Assembly: GCA_977020255.1 (NCBI GenBank) | Contig: CDROCS010003345.1 | Location: 124,001 to 188,000 of the forward strand | Direction of reading: 5' to 3' | DNA: 64,000 nucleotides | From: Obrimoposthia wandeli | Taxonomy: Eukaryota | Shown here: piece after piece, positions 63,997 to 64,000 of the stretch | Layout: every line of letters starts with the position of its first letter | Numbering within the stretch: position 1 is the first letter of the stretch | Notes under the pieces: generated by a model | What the model was told of the DNA's origin: nothing | The model's database searches: none | Seen by the model: only the letters and a program-made list of their open reading frames with translations | Translations under genes and position numbers: made by a program

Positions 63997-64000
63997 GATT

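Overview
Very AT-rich eukaryotic (probably invertebrate) genomic DNA made almost entirely of nested, decayed mobile elements, with only a few host exons. Centre-left: a 3.5-kb Polinton/Maverick deletion derivative (12743-16227; AGTAG termini, ~58-bp TIRs, 6-bp TSD with one mismatch) and a larger decayed Polinton (~18.0-34 kb). The larger one has packaging ATPase, integrase, minor and major capsid, adenain protease and protein-primed PolB genes, and a piggyBac has inserted into its capsid module. Its non-core genes carry tiny spliceosomal introns. These include a spliced TATA-binding-protein-like gene and a spliced PolB N-terminal extension with a Cys/His domain and four acidic Trp/Phe repeats. 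To the right: a degenerate Ty3/gypsy element with both LTRs (35508-40358), a solo LTR inserted in a 30-bp, possibly coding, minisatellite, and a related LTR (59085-60652). That last LTR appears to be the 3' LTR of a large element whose 3' internal region encodes a membrane protein and three RING-H2 E3-ligase-like ORFs. Relics of mariner, hAT, Chapaev3-like, CR1/L2 and Tc1 elements, a PABP fragment and a hammerhead-like motif fill the rest. All family calls are by motif recognition only; no searches were run.
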